The notes beneath the pieces are model-generated. The model was not told where the DNA came from. It did not search any database and saw nothing but the letters and a program-made list of their open reading frames with translations. This document shows positions 1 to 12,440 of a stretch of DNA of 64,000 nt, piece by piece. Positions within the stretch are counted from its first letter, which is position 1. Every line of letters starts with the position of its first letter. The translations under genes were made by a program, and so were the position numbers. Where the stretch lies: positions 23,932,001 through 23,996,000 of the forward strand of contig NC_043015.1 of the NCBI RefSeq assembly GCF_006345805.1. Reading direction: 5' to 3'. Source of the DNA: Octopus sinensis (Eukaryota).

Positions 1-1640
1 GAATAGTCGTGTTAAGGGCTCGCAGATGACCGGAGCCAACGCTTTGATAACCCGTGGGTGTATGCCCTCAGGGCCGTGACCCTTGTTGACATCGAGGCCT
101 TGAATAACACGTTTGACTTGGTCCCGCGTGATGATCAATCGAAGCATTGGAGGTACCGATCTATCAAATGGAGGGGGTTCACGACCATCATCTTGTTTGA
201 AAATAGTTGAAAAAGCCTCGGCAAATAATTGACTCTGTTGATAAGGGTCCTCAATCGATACGCCTGTTGAGTCTACCAACGTTGCAATCTGGTTGTTCAA
301 GCGGGAATTCCGCTGGACATGGGCAAAGAAGGTTTTTGGACTGCTACTGGCATTTGCCGCGATTTTGTATTCATAACTGAAGCGTTCTTTCTTTTCAATT
401 TTCACGGCTCAGTCTCGTTGAGTTTTGTACACCTCAAAAGCTGCAGTCGAATCCAGATTTTTGAATTCAGCCCAAGCAATATCTCTGAGTCGACGTTCTC
501 GTTTAACCTTCTTCGTCACCCAGGGCTTGTGTTTCTTCCTCTTGGGAAGTCCAACGGGAACTGCCTGGTCAGTCAAACAGATTACATATGCTTTGAGGGA
601 TGACCATAGTTCGTCAACTGAGGACAACGTCATCAGGAACGCCAGTCCAGAAGCGCGGAAGCCTCGGTTAGGATTTCAAGATTAATTGCAGAGAAGACTC
701 TACGTGGCAGCGAAGTAATCGTGGGCGTGGAAAAAGTTGTGTGCATGACGAACTTCAGGACCGCATGATCACTCTTGGCAAGAGGGGCGCACACAGATAC
801 GTCTGACACTGATCTTGGATAGCGGGAGAATACCAGATCTAGCATAGATGGCTGCTGCCCAGACCGATGCCTTGTCGGATATTCAACATGTTGCGATAGA
901 AAACAATCTTCAGCCACGTCAAGAAGGGCCTGGCCGAACCGGGAAGGTGTTGTACAAATTGATGCGGGCCAATCGATCGTGGGAGCGTTGAAGTCGCCTA
1001 GTACCAAGCAGTCATGCGAAGCTGAAACGAATCTTATCGCTTCGAGTAGATGAGCATCGTCCTGGGGGTCGGCTAGAGGCGGCCTGTAGACAGCCAACAC
1101 GGGCAGGCAAAACTCAGATAGGCTCAGCTTGCAATAGATGGCATCGAATTTGGTTGTAGGTTGAGCATTTGTGGGTAGAATACCGCAGGACGGTTTGTGC
1201 TCAGACTTAACATACACAGCAACACCTCCACCTCGCCTTTTTCCTCTGTCACATCTGAAAAGGACGTAGCCCTGCAGGTGGATCTCTGAGTCCTTTACTG
1301 CTGGAGTCAGCCAAGTCTCAGTGATAGCTATCACATCAGGGGAGTCGCGTAGGGCCAGTGTAAATAGTTCACTGAACTTTGGGAATAAGGAGCACGAGTT
1401 GGTGTAGACGATGCTGAGCTGTGAAGTCTGAGGGGCGGGAGTTGGGGAACAAGCAGAATAAAGGGCATCAGAGATAGCATCGTTGACGAGGGTATCAACT
1501 TCACTTCGATTTGCCCTCACATCACTTTCCCTGTCAGCACTACAGCAATAGGTGGAGTAATTATAGACACTAGAACGATTTTCGATCGAAACACCTGGAA
1601 AAGCAGAGCAGTAGAGTTGGCTATTACAAGCAAACGTACG
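1..1640 (-). mobile_element. CR1-clade LINE ORF2 5' part (APE endonuclease, linker and start of the RT-proximal region); runs off the left edge of the window
   Basis: Minus-strand reading frame is open from 1640 to 633 with APE motifs (IVYTN, ITETW, GGGVAVYV, VYRPP, GDFNAP, PTR, LDLVF, SDH). After a 1-nt frameshift at ~633, a TGA at 409-411 and a second shift near 330, it reads SSPKTFFAHV...LDVNKGHGPEGIHPRVIKALAPVICEPLTRLF, the typical CR1 pre-RT segment. GC content is about 50%, well above the rest of the window. Confidence 0.88.
633..1520 (-). CDS. Apurinic-like (EEP) endonuclease domain of the CR1 LINE; TE-encoded, downstream frame disrupted
   Basis: The 295-aa ORF in the track carries all recognisable APE catalytic motifs (N, E, Y, GDFN, D, SDH). 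Confidence 0.8.
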   Translation of the reverse strand: MRANRSEVDTLVNDAISDALYSACSPTPAPQTSQLSIVYTNSCSLFPKFSELFTLALRDSPDVIAITETWLTPAVKDSEIHLQGYVLFRCDRGKRRGGGVAVYVKSEHKPSCGILPTNAQPTTKFDAIYCKLSLSEFCLPVLAVYRPPLADPQDDAHLLEAIRFVSASHDCLVLGDFNAPTIDWPASICTTPSRFGQALLDVAEDCFLSQHVEYPTRHRSGQQPSMLDLVFSRYPRSVSDVSVCAPLAKSDHAVLKFVMHTTFSTPTITSLPRRVFSAINLEILTEASALLDWRS

Positions 1641-1749
1641 CTAAAGCTGATAGTTCTAAATTTCTATTGGTGCAGTCTCAGAGGACGACTGAGTGATTGG
1701 CACCAGAATCCACCATGCAGAAGGTTATGTATGAAACTAGTGGACCAGC

Positions 1750-2641
1750 ACCTATTTGAACCACACTTTGATCTTGAGAATATAAGGCGAACGTAGAGCG
1801 TACAAGTGGCTGAGGAAAGTACAAATAGAGGTAAGTAGACCCCTCCCGTTCACCGAAATCTTTCTTGTCATCATAATGGGATTAGAAGTGGATTGTATAA
1901 ATGTTCGTGGTCTGGATTCTTCCTGGAGGCAGATTAACTCGCTCATCGAACTCAGTTCACTAGCTATGGATGTGACAGCCGTCAACGAAATAAAGTTTTC
2001 AAACTTATTCGATCTAGCCTCTGTTTTCGAAGACTGTTATATTTACGAATCTCTTAGTCGGCCTGGAATGGGAGGCCTAGTGATGGTGTTGTTTAAGAAA
2101 GATCTGGATCTCGAGGTACGAACGATCTCCCTGGAACCCGATGGTAAATTGGTAGTCCTGTATGAGAGCATAGCGAAAGTGGTTCTTTGGACAAGTCGCT
2201 GCCCACGCTACAGCTGGAGTGGGGTAGGCAGATACCTTCAGAGGTTTTCCTTGGAAGCATCGCTTTTTTTGTGACAGTGAACGTTTGGAAAATGAGGGTG
2301 GGGAGGGATGTGCTGTTCCCATTAATTTTCTTGAAATGTGAGTGAATGTGGAGAGGATTTTCTGTGTGAATGGGTCTACTGTGACCATACCCTTGTAAGC
2401 CGGAGGAGTTGACAAGGAGGGAAGTGCCCTAAGTGGCCTGCGTGATGAATATGTCTATGATGTCTTGCGTGTCCCTTTGTCTAATTCCCAGTTAGGGGGA
2501 ATTGTATTGTTAAATATTTGATGTTAATTTTATTTTAATTTATACATGAATTTTTGTACATAGCCACACTTTCCCCCTTGTATTGCCGCTTGTATTGTGT
2601 GCAGCCCTTGTGGCCAATGAAGAAAAATTATTATTATTATT
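1750..2641 (+). mobile_element. Internally deleted L1/Tx1-like LINE: APE N-terminus fused to the 3' UTR and a (TTA)n tail
   Basis: ORF 1876-2274 begins CINVRGL...DVTAVNEIK (APE motifs I-II). A CDHTLV (SDH-like) motif appears in another frame near 2380. The 3' end gtgtgcagcccttgtggccaatgaagaaa+(tta)n closely matches the reverse complement of the tails at 20272 and 24431. Confidence 0.65.
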
Positions 2642-3017
2642 GCTGTTCTTATTGTTGTTGCTCTCGTTCTTCTTATTAGTAGTAGTATTACTAATTTTAC
2701 TTTTACAATTTGTAAACAAAGGTAGGAACAACAAAAAATATTTCAAAACTAAAGACGAGATATTTTACATTTGAATCTCAGCAAAGATAGCAGGCGACGC
2801 TAAGATAATAACGAGAATTATCATGCGAAAGAATATGAAAGAAAATGAGTGAAAACAAAATGTTGGATTGCAAAATTTCGAGATTGCTCTTATTCCTTGA
2901 ATGTTTTCTTTAGACGTTTTACATACATTTTGATATATACATGCATACAGAGGTACGTTTATATATATATATATATGAGCATATATATTTATGAATGTAT
3001 ATGTATTTGTATATACT

Positions 3018-3049
<32 letters not shown>

Positions 3050-3262
3050 AAAAATATATATATATGCTCATATATGCATGTGTGTGTATGTAATGAATAA
3101 TGTATATATGGAGATACACAAATTTCCTATATTTGTATATATATGAGTGTGTATATGCTGATGGATATGTAAATATGTTTTGGGTTTATTGTAAAAAAAA
3201 TTCTATAATATTTTACAGTTGAGTTTTGTAATATGAAAGAATTTGTATTCTTTGTGTATACG

Positions 3263-3420
3263 CAATTGTGTTGTGGCTATATGATAAGAACTTTGCTTCT
3301 CAACCACGTTGTTCAGAGTTCACTGCTAGTTCGTGGCATCTCTAGCAGGTGTCACTTTAGCTAGGAAAAACCATCACCCTGTGAGTGAATTTTGTAGACG
3401 GAAATACAAAGGAGCCCGTA
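3263..3420 (+). mobile_element. Degraded 5' half of an octopus-type tRNA-derived SINE
   Basis: Similar to the better copy at 22805-23245 (tgtggctatatgataagaactttgcttctcaaccac...ttgtagacggaaatac...gagcccgta). Confidence 0.6.
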
Positions 3421-3523
3421 TATATATATATATAATAAATATTAGGGAATAAATCCAAACTTACAGGGAAAAATCAGATTTAGGATTGAATCCAATTTTA
3501 TAGTAAAATATTATATTAATTTA

Positions 3524-3591
<68 letters not shown>

Positions 3592-6579
3592 GCCTTCATC
3601 TATTTGTAATATGTGAACATAACTTTTTTCTCTCTCTTTTTTTCGTTCTTTTCTCTTTTGAATAAACATTTCTCCCAATGTTCACCATTTTCCTTTCGTT
3701 CTTGTCTAATGACCCTCCATGTTTGTTTTCGTTCGGTTTCCTTGTACGTCTCCACTCTCAAGTTTGACCCTCTATAAATTCTAAATTTTATTTTAGAAAT
3801 TATGGGACCAAATATATTTCAAGACTCATACTACCGTTCAATGCTATAAATAAGTAGTAGATAGACAGCCGATAACTGATGAGGGGTCTTTTCTCTGTGT
3901 TTATTGGTACTGTTTTCCTTTCTTCTAGTTGTTTACGTATTTAACTCATCTATTTGCGTATTTCATTTTATTTGTACCGTTGGTGACGTCTTGTAGCCAT
4001 ATATATATATATAAATATATATATATATTATATATTGTATATTATCTATTATTTCTAATTGAACACAACGCATCCATTTCCATGTAAGTATATATATATA
4101 TATACAATGTTGGTGTGTTTATGTCCCCGTAACTTGACCGTTCTGCAAAAAACACTGACATGATAGTTACAAAACATGAAGAAATAATTACTCGCGACGA
4201 TTCATTAGGCACAAATTTTTAAGGCCTCAGGTTAATCACTGAAACAAGTAAATGGTGAAAGATAAAAGATAAAAATTCTGCAAAGTTTTCTAAGCTTATG
4301 AGTAATGTATATATACATATATACGCAAATATCGAAGGGTTAAACAATTAAACACCGTATTGGTCAATAAATGCTTTTTGTGGTTTATAAAAGTTACCAA
4401 TTGTTTCATGTCGCGAGAAATCTCTCAAAAAAATTGAGCCAAAGACATGGGGAATATTATCACCATTATTCGTGTGGTTGTCAGTTAGAATTAAATGAAA
4501 GAATATGAAAAGGCTTGCGATATTTCTCTATGCTCAAAGCATTTACGGCTATGCTTACTCTTTCCTCCAAATCGTACTCCTAGAGGAGAATACCAATGAA
4601 TGAATAGGGTGGTGATCTTTTAGGCAATACTATACTCAATAGTTGTGATTGTTTGCCTACATTAGAAATTATGCTAAAGTTATTGTTGTGTAATTGTATG
4701 GTTTCGTAGCTGTATGTTGGGCAATTGTTATCCACTATAGCCTGGCTTGTCCTGGAGTTGGAATTTGATCCAAGACTTTGTGATGAGGACCTCTAAACTT
4801 TGATAAGAATTATGAAAAGAAATATCTGTAGAAAGAGGATTATGAAGAAAGATGTAAAGAAAGAGGAGAAAGACGAGAACAAGCAAATATTATAAAGAGA
4901 CGTCTGGGGGATGGTGAGAGAAGAGGTGGCAGAACGTAAAACATTGATTAACCTTACATTATGTAAATTTGGGAATAAGGCCTGCAATTTTGGAATACGC
5001 TTTGCAATTTTAGGAAGTTGGATAAGGCAATTACATCGAGCCCAGTGATCCACTACCGCTTCTTTTATCGACCTTAAAACGATGAAATTGAATGTTGACT
5101 TTCAATTGAAATTTACGGTGCCGAAGGAGATGTTGCTAAGTATTAGCAACACGTTAACCATTGTTCCAGCTTAACAGCTTAAGTTCACCAGACATAAATA
5201 ACAGAGTATATTGTGTAGCCAGATCAGCAAAATCACACTGACCGTTGATACCAAGTTTAGTTGTTTCATGTTTATATTATACTGCATTTCTTATTGCTCA
5301 TATCATAATCTGTCGTTTAGTGTTTATATTGTAACTACCCGTCTTCGTTATTATATCTGGTGTTAACTTTACTTATTATTATTAATTTTGATTAATCCTG
5401 TGTCCCTTACGTTCATACTTGTCTATTATCAACTTCGTTCCAGCGCAGACAACCCCGATTCTTGCAGCTATTTTTACATATTTTATCAACATAATTAAGG
5501 CCCTCAAAAAATTGCAAATGTGTTTTAGAAAGACAAGAGTTAATTCAAATAAATTAATTTAAATGTTTGCTTATTAATTTAACCTTACTTTTCAGACACA
5601 TTAGTTTAGTATAAACATGACTACTTTGATGAATTGACGACTAATTTTCCTTTCTGTCCAAAAGTATGCGATGAATTTCAGCCCCTGACAAGGCCTTTGT
5701 TGTTCAGGCTTCTGCCACTAGAAACTATTTAATGCATCAGTCTCCAGCCTATCTGAGTCATTGTATGCAGTCTTACTGCTATGTGGTGTGCCTTTGTTTT
5801 TCACCGTTTCTTCCCTGTTCGTCGGTTTTTGCAATGGCTGAAACGAAGGAACAACGTATATACACCGGTGTGTATGCGTACGTGCTTGTGTACGTGGGTG
5901 TGTGATTATAAATATATTGATTAATTAATTAATCTACCGTTAATTTTAATTAGATTATTCATTTCCTTGTTATATGATGTTGGGTTGGCTGGCCATTTAA
6001 GAAATGAATTTATTCTGATGAAGTTTGTCAGATCTGACGTAAAATTGCTCTCAGCTTAATAAGGAGCTCCATTTTGAGAACATATTTAACATTACAAATG
6101 ACATAGATTTTGTCTATTTCCTTTTTAAGATTGTTTGATGGCAATGGCGAAGGAATACTCGCAATGCTGACTAGCTGTAAGCAGCCTGTTTTGACATAAA
6201 AGTGAATTTCTTTTATGTCTATCTCTATAATACACACATCTCGAATATGTTTCTGCGGTAACTGCTGGACTGCTACCTACAGATCAATGTTGATAGCCGA
6301 TTGTGCGAATGGATTATGTAGATGTAGAGGTTATTTTCTTGGTAAGAGAAGGTACATCACAACTACAATTACGTATTGCATGATGTTTGAGGGAATATGT
6401 TACAGAAAGCAAACAGAAAAGAGAGAATAGATCCTGCCGCGTTTGGAGGAAGTTAATTTACATTATACGAACCCTATAGCTTCTACATGTAATGATACAA
6501 CATCATTACCTATTTATCTATCTATCTATCTATCTGTCTATCTATTCATTTATCTACTTAACACGAAAGACAGACAAAT

Positions 6580-6730
<151 letters not shown>

Positions 6731-6949
6731 TTAATGATTCTGCATCCATTAGAATAGTAATCATTCGATGGAAATTCTTATCTCCTCTATGTTTATGTTT
6801 AAATTTAACATCATTAACAATGTTCATAAATGAAACTAGCAATAATTATAAATGCTATGGAGAAATTATAATCCTTCTCCTCGGCATGAATCAGCGAGCA
6901 GTTATTTGTAACGGACAATACTTGCCTTAATAACTTATTATAAATTGTT

Positions 6950-7520
6950 CATGAATTCAGCCAGAATGTATAAAATGAATATGGAGCGGATCTAGACGAA
7001 TGTGCAAAACCTACAATAGGAACAAGCAAATATATTAAAGCCGAGAATAGCATAATGATTCCAGACACTGCAATCGAAGAAGTAGTATAGAAGCAGCCAA
7101 ACAAATGAAAATATATAAAACAGAAAACTTAATGAGAAACCTCAGAAGTTGTATAGCAGAAGAATCATATTAATACTAAATACTGAATACAATGCTATAA
7201 ATACGATAATAGATCTGAATAAACTAGCCATTCTGTTACAGACCACAGCTTTAGTATAATAAAGTAATAATTAAGTGAATTGAAGAGTGTAAATAGATAA
7301 AACGGAAATTATTAACATCGTTTCGAAGTCTCTCGACTTGCGACACAAGGAATACGTAATCTGATGAAATTAGATAACTACTACAATATAACAACATCGA
7401 GATTAGTATACTATTTTGAAACATGTAAGGGAATGGAATAGCATTATAAGGAATCGCAAATGAAAAGAGTTTCTCAGAATGAAAAATCTTAATCGTATAT
7501 TAAAGAAAAAAAATGATAAA
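6950..7520 (+). mobile_element. Highly degraded R4/Dong-type LINE relic (post-RT region)
   Basis: Near 7340 it reads LMKLDNYYNITTSRLVYY, matching LIQLENYYKITTTGLQKY in the 42903-43718 ORF. The upstream sequence resembles the LNAxNK..INT..P..YSF block. Confidence 0.5.
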
Positions 7521-8770
7521 CCATTTCGATTATGATATCGTAAAAGATTTTAGAAATGAGAAAAATCGAAAGTGTAAAATTTCAAAATGTATATTCAAGA
7601 TGAAATTCGAAACTATATTCTTATTCTAGACTTGGCAGCGAAGTCGTTTCGAGTCGAGTGCCAGTGTGGTACATTGAGCAAGTGTCCTCTACTATTATTC
7701 CAAACTGAGAAATGCTTTATGAGTAAATTTGTTTGACGTAAACAGTGTGGATATCCATCGTGTTTATGTGTGCGTGTTTGCGTTCCTGCTTGTAAAATCT
7801 AACGGTTTCATAGATTATATCTGTATAGTATGTAATAGAATTTAAAAACTCATTTGTTCGATTAAACTCATCAAGGTGGTGCCCCAAATTGGCGTCAGTT
7901 CAATAACTGAACCATACAATTGATAAAAAAGAAATGTGTTTATGGAAATTTAATATTTATCCATACTCTGCAAGATTCAGTAGAGGCAAAGTATGTCATA
8001 AGGAAAGCCAGATGAATGCTAATAGCAGAAAGGATTATCTCAACTTTTATGGGAAGGCGATACGGTATCTATCAGGAGAAATAAGGAAATTGCAGACGAC
8101 AGCTCAGCGCTTGTTACAGAATCAGTAAAATGAAAGTTCCTTTATTGGCTCCCTCCTGCAATAGGCAAATATATATTTCTAGCATAAATCCAGTCTGCAG
8201 GAGCCTCTCTTGGCTAATACCTTGACAACTTCATGCAAATAATACAGTTGTTATTAGGACATAATATATATCATAATCTTTATTATAGGCAAAATTCCTA
8301 AAACTTACTGAGTTGAGACTATCGATTACATCGATCCTCTTGTTGGATGGGTACTTATATCATCAATCCCGAAAGCATGAATGGCAAAGCTGATCCCACC
8401 TCGGTGAAATATAAACTCAGAACTTAAAGCCGGATGGAATGCTGCTAAATATTTTGTATGATGTCTTAACAAACTCTGTCAGTTCATCACCATAACAATG
8501 TCTGTAATAATCTGAACCATAACTGAAGCATGTTGATATAATTATCGAAGACACATCTAAAGTGTTCAACTCTCTAAACTACAAAATTCGAATGTGACTC
8601 CACGACGTCACATGACTGAATAGAAATACCAGCCAAATATCATTCAAATTATTGAAAAGTGATAGATAAAATGACCAGTTCAATGTTAGATACACTGTGT
8701 GACTGAAAGCAGAGATGGTCTTTTAATCATAGGGCTACTCTTTTAGGGTTGCCATTGGCTAGACACAACC

Positions 8771-8802
<32 letters not shown>

Positions 8803-9582
8803 CAACAACCAGAATTAGGAAAACAATAAGAGCAAGAACGAGACAACGGTGAGTGTTACGCTGATTGAAGAGTTATTCTTAAGAAAAGTCTCAAATACAA
8901 ACCACTACATAACGCCATATTTGTCAATAAGTAATGAGTTTAAACTCGCATTTTATATATTACTATACGAATTCAACGCTGATAACAATCAGAAATTAAT
9001 TTTCACTAGGTAGACTTCAAAAGTAACTGTACAGAGATTCAAATCCCCCGGGGAACTTGGCTGGAAGTTAGTTTCATTTAATTATTGATATCACACTATG
9101 GCGCACGGCCATTAATTCTATGGGAGGAGTAGCCAATTAATTCGATTTCAGTGCTCAACAAGTACTGTTGACCTCGAAAGAATGAAAGGCCAATTTGGTT
9201 CCGGTGCTATTTGAACTAACAACATAATGCCAGAGTAGATGCTATTCAAGTTTTTCCAACGCGGAAACGATTCTGCCGTAACGCCGCCTTAATTTAGTTA
9301 AGCATTTACAGAAGCTGAAACGAAATTACAATATTTTATTTGGACTTTGAAAAAAATAACGTCGCTTGGTAATGAAACTAAAAGAAGTTGCTCACGGTTT
9401 ATCGCTGTATAATGGAGATAGTGACAAAAGCGGTTTTTATCTCGGGCTGAAAAATTATGCTTTGTAGGTACGAATTTATCGGTTTTCTCCTCGTTGTGCA
9501 CATCCATTATACACACACGCACGCACACACATGCACATGCAAAATACATTAATACATACTTACATACATACACTCATGCACG

Positions 9583-9634
<52 letters not shown>

Positions 9635-9635
9635 A

Positions 9636-9675
<40 letters not shown>

Positions 9676-10479
9676 GTATGCCAATATGTATATATACATT
9701 TGTACGACAAAAATACGGATGAGGTAAAGATGAATCGTTTATTAATGCATAATTTGTTTGGCTGTAAAAACCATAGAGGCGTCGACAGGAGGAAATATGG
9801 ATCATAATGATTACGCATATGTCTTATTAGGAAATGGTCAGACATCGCTTATTATGCCTTCTTTCAGAACATATTATGCAATTTACATAATGGCTCGCCA
9901 TTAGAGAAGACTTTATGGTTTATGGATGGAGTGAATTACCACACCGACAATTGATATCTGTCTGTAAATCACATCTTATACGACTCAGGTAGTAATGAAC
10001 TCTTACTGCTGTTACACAAGCTCTCACACACGCACGCGCGCGCGCATTTGTGCGAATGTGTATTGATATATAAACAATATTCGTGTTAAAAAGCAATGCA
10101 GTTTTTATTTACGTTACTTTTCGACTGATGCTTTTATATGAGTGCATCGCAAAATTATGCAAGTAAAAAGAGCATTACTTTCATGCACACATATATGTAT
10201 GTGGGCCAGTGTAGCTTTGTATACGTATGTATATATATTGCTCGACTAAAGGCGGTGCTCCAGCATGGCCACTGTCAAAGGACTGAAACAAGTAAAAGAG
10301 TAAAAGCATATATATATATACGTATATATATGTATACATATAGGTATATCGTTATATATATATGTATACACACATACACACACACACACACACATATATG
10401 TATGTATATACTTGTATATGCATATATATATGTAAAGCCACCGATTGCATTGCTATACTTGCAGAGCACTGCACTCTGC

Positions 10480-11150
10480 TCCTGCTGAAAATTTATTTTT
10501 ATTGTAAATTTATAGTGTTGGAAAACCTAATTTTCTTAAATGAGTTTAGCATATCTTTTAATATTTTATGCTGATTTTTTCCTTTGACATTTTAGTCTAT
10601 TTTCTCTTTTTTAAAATTCTATAGTGTTACCCTCGCAATTGATTTCTTCAGTGTATTAAACTCATAGTTACTTTGATAGAAAGAAAGTGTATTCGTTTCC
10701 TTGTTACAATACCTACTTCTGTTTCTTTTGAAAATATTCTAATCCTACTGTTGTTATGTTATAGTAGTTTTCCATTTCTTTCAGACTACACGTCAGTGTC
10801 ACGGCTCGACTGACTTCAAATCCATGCTTTTAGTATACTTTCTTAGAGTTAACTTTCTCCATTTCAGTTTTTACTTATTATATTATAACTATATGGCTGT
10901 CGTTTTATCTCTAGTATTGAGTCAAGTATGTAATGTAAGAATGACTTTTGTGTCGTCCAAGATATCAGGTTTCTTATTAATTTTCCCGTTACATATATTT
11001 TCATTTATATGGCTGCCACTATCCTGGACCTTCTATTCCAATATCTGAAACGTATATGCCATTGTTGGTTATAATGTTTTGAAACATCTTGTAAGTTTTC
11101 CGTATATGACTAATGCCAAAATGTTATTGGAATTTTCTAGCTGAATTCCT
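10480..11150 (-). mobile_element. Highly degraded R4/Dong-type LINE relic
   Basis: The minus strand near 10775-10730 reads EMENYYNITTVGLEY, the same motif as the 42903 ORF. The rest is too decayed to translate. Confidence 0.45.
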
Positions 11151-11405
11151 GGACTATATATATGTATATACGTTTGTCAATTCGTTTTGCAAGGTTCCTG
11201 ATGTGAAATCGTTTGTTGAAACAGATATTGTTATACTTTGGTATGGTCATTTTATTTATTTATTTTGCGATTGAAGAAAAATATACTGTGCGTGTGTTTA
11301 TTTGGAAAAAAAAATGACGAGCCCGAAATATATCAATATGTGTGTGTATGTATATGCATGTACGTACGTATGTATGTATATATGTATGTATGTATGTATG
11401 TATAT

Positions 11406-11458
<53 letters not shown>

Positions 11459-11529
11459 CAGATAGATAGATAGGTAGATACATACATACATACATACATA
11501 CATACATACATACATCATACATACATACA

Positions 11530-11563
<34 letters not shown>

Positions 11564-12204
11564 CATAATCGGTAGATAAGAAGAGATAAATACATACGTG
11601 TAGATTAATTCCATATCAGTTTGAAATTCGGAACAAGTCCAGCATGCCCCGGAAGAGAAGTCGATTAAATCGACGCCAGTGCTCAACTGATATTTATTTT
11701 ATCGCCTACGGAACGTTGAATGGTGGAGTCAACCTCGGTGGAATTTGGGCTCAGAACCTAATGACGGATGAAATGCCGCAAAGCATTTTGACCGGCGTGC
11801 TACCAATTCTGTCAGCTCACCACCTTAGATTTACTCAATATTAGCATGTTAAGGATGGAGATGTGATTTTTACAGGTTTTATGTTCTTTATTCTAAATAA
11901 AGTATCTCAAATGCTGAACTACAGCTCTTCTGCAACAGGACTTGTTGGGTTTCGAATATTGTTGTTGTCTCCTTTAATAACTCTTTCCCTGGTAGCTACT
12001 CCTTACAGCATACTTCTTTCAAAAGTAACCGTGTTTTTCTCTTGATTGTTTCAGCCACTGGCCTGCGGCTATTCTGGGGTACCGGTCTGAATGATCTCAT
12101 GGACAGGTCGATCCAAGCATTTATTGTTCAAGTCTGTTCCAAATTGTATCAGACTCTTTTGTTGAGTCGCCAAGATAGTTGGACGTAAAGGAACACAGGT
12201 GAAG

Positions 12205-12440
12205 CAACGGCAGTAAAAGCGCAAAACTAACACTCATCCCCCCACACACATACACACACACACCTATATTCATACGACGAGCTTTCACATAGTTTCTATC
12301 AACCAAATTCCCTCTAAAAGGCATTGGTCGACCCGGGGCTATGGTGGAAGACATCTTGCCCAAGATGCCACCCAATAGGACTGAACCTGAAAGCGCATGA
12401 CTCACAAGCAAGCTTCTTTACCATACAGCTATGGCTGCAG
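12205..12440 (-). mobile_element. Octopus-type tRNA-derived SINE
   Basis: The reverse complement matches the head and body of the 22805 SINE (gctgtatggtaaagaagcttgc...ggttcagtcc...ttgggcaagatgtcttc). Confidence 0.65.

Noticed and set aside
3590-3990. Pseudo-LTR-like stretch containing CTGATGAGGGG at ~3876
   Set aside because: No GAAA or stem I partner follows, so it cannot be called a ribozyme. At most it is a decayed relic.
5830-5870. ATGGCTGAAACGAAGGAACAACGT, resembling a mariner transposase start
   Set aside because: Only about eight codons and no TIR found, so there is too little to support a feature.
12055-12184. Possible host exon (acceptor ttgattgtttcag, open frame GLRLFWGTGLNDLMDRSIQAF..., donor-like GTAAAG)
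   Set aside because: The donor is weak, I do not recognise the peptide, and there are no partner exons. RNA-seq or a BLASTx hit would be needed.
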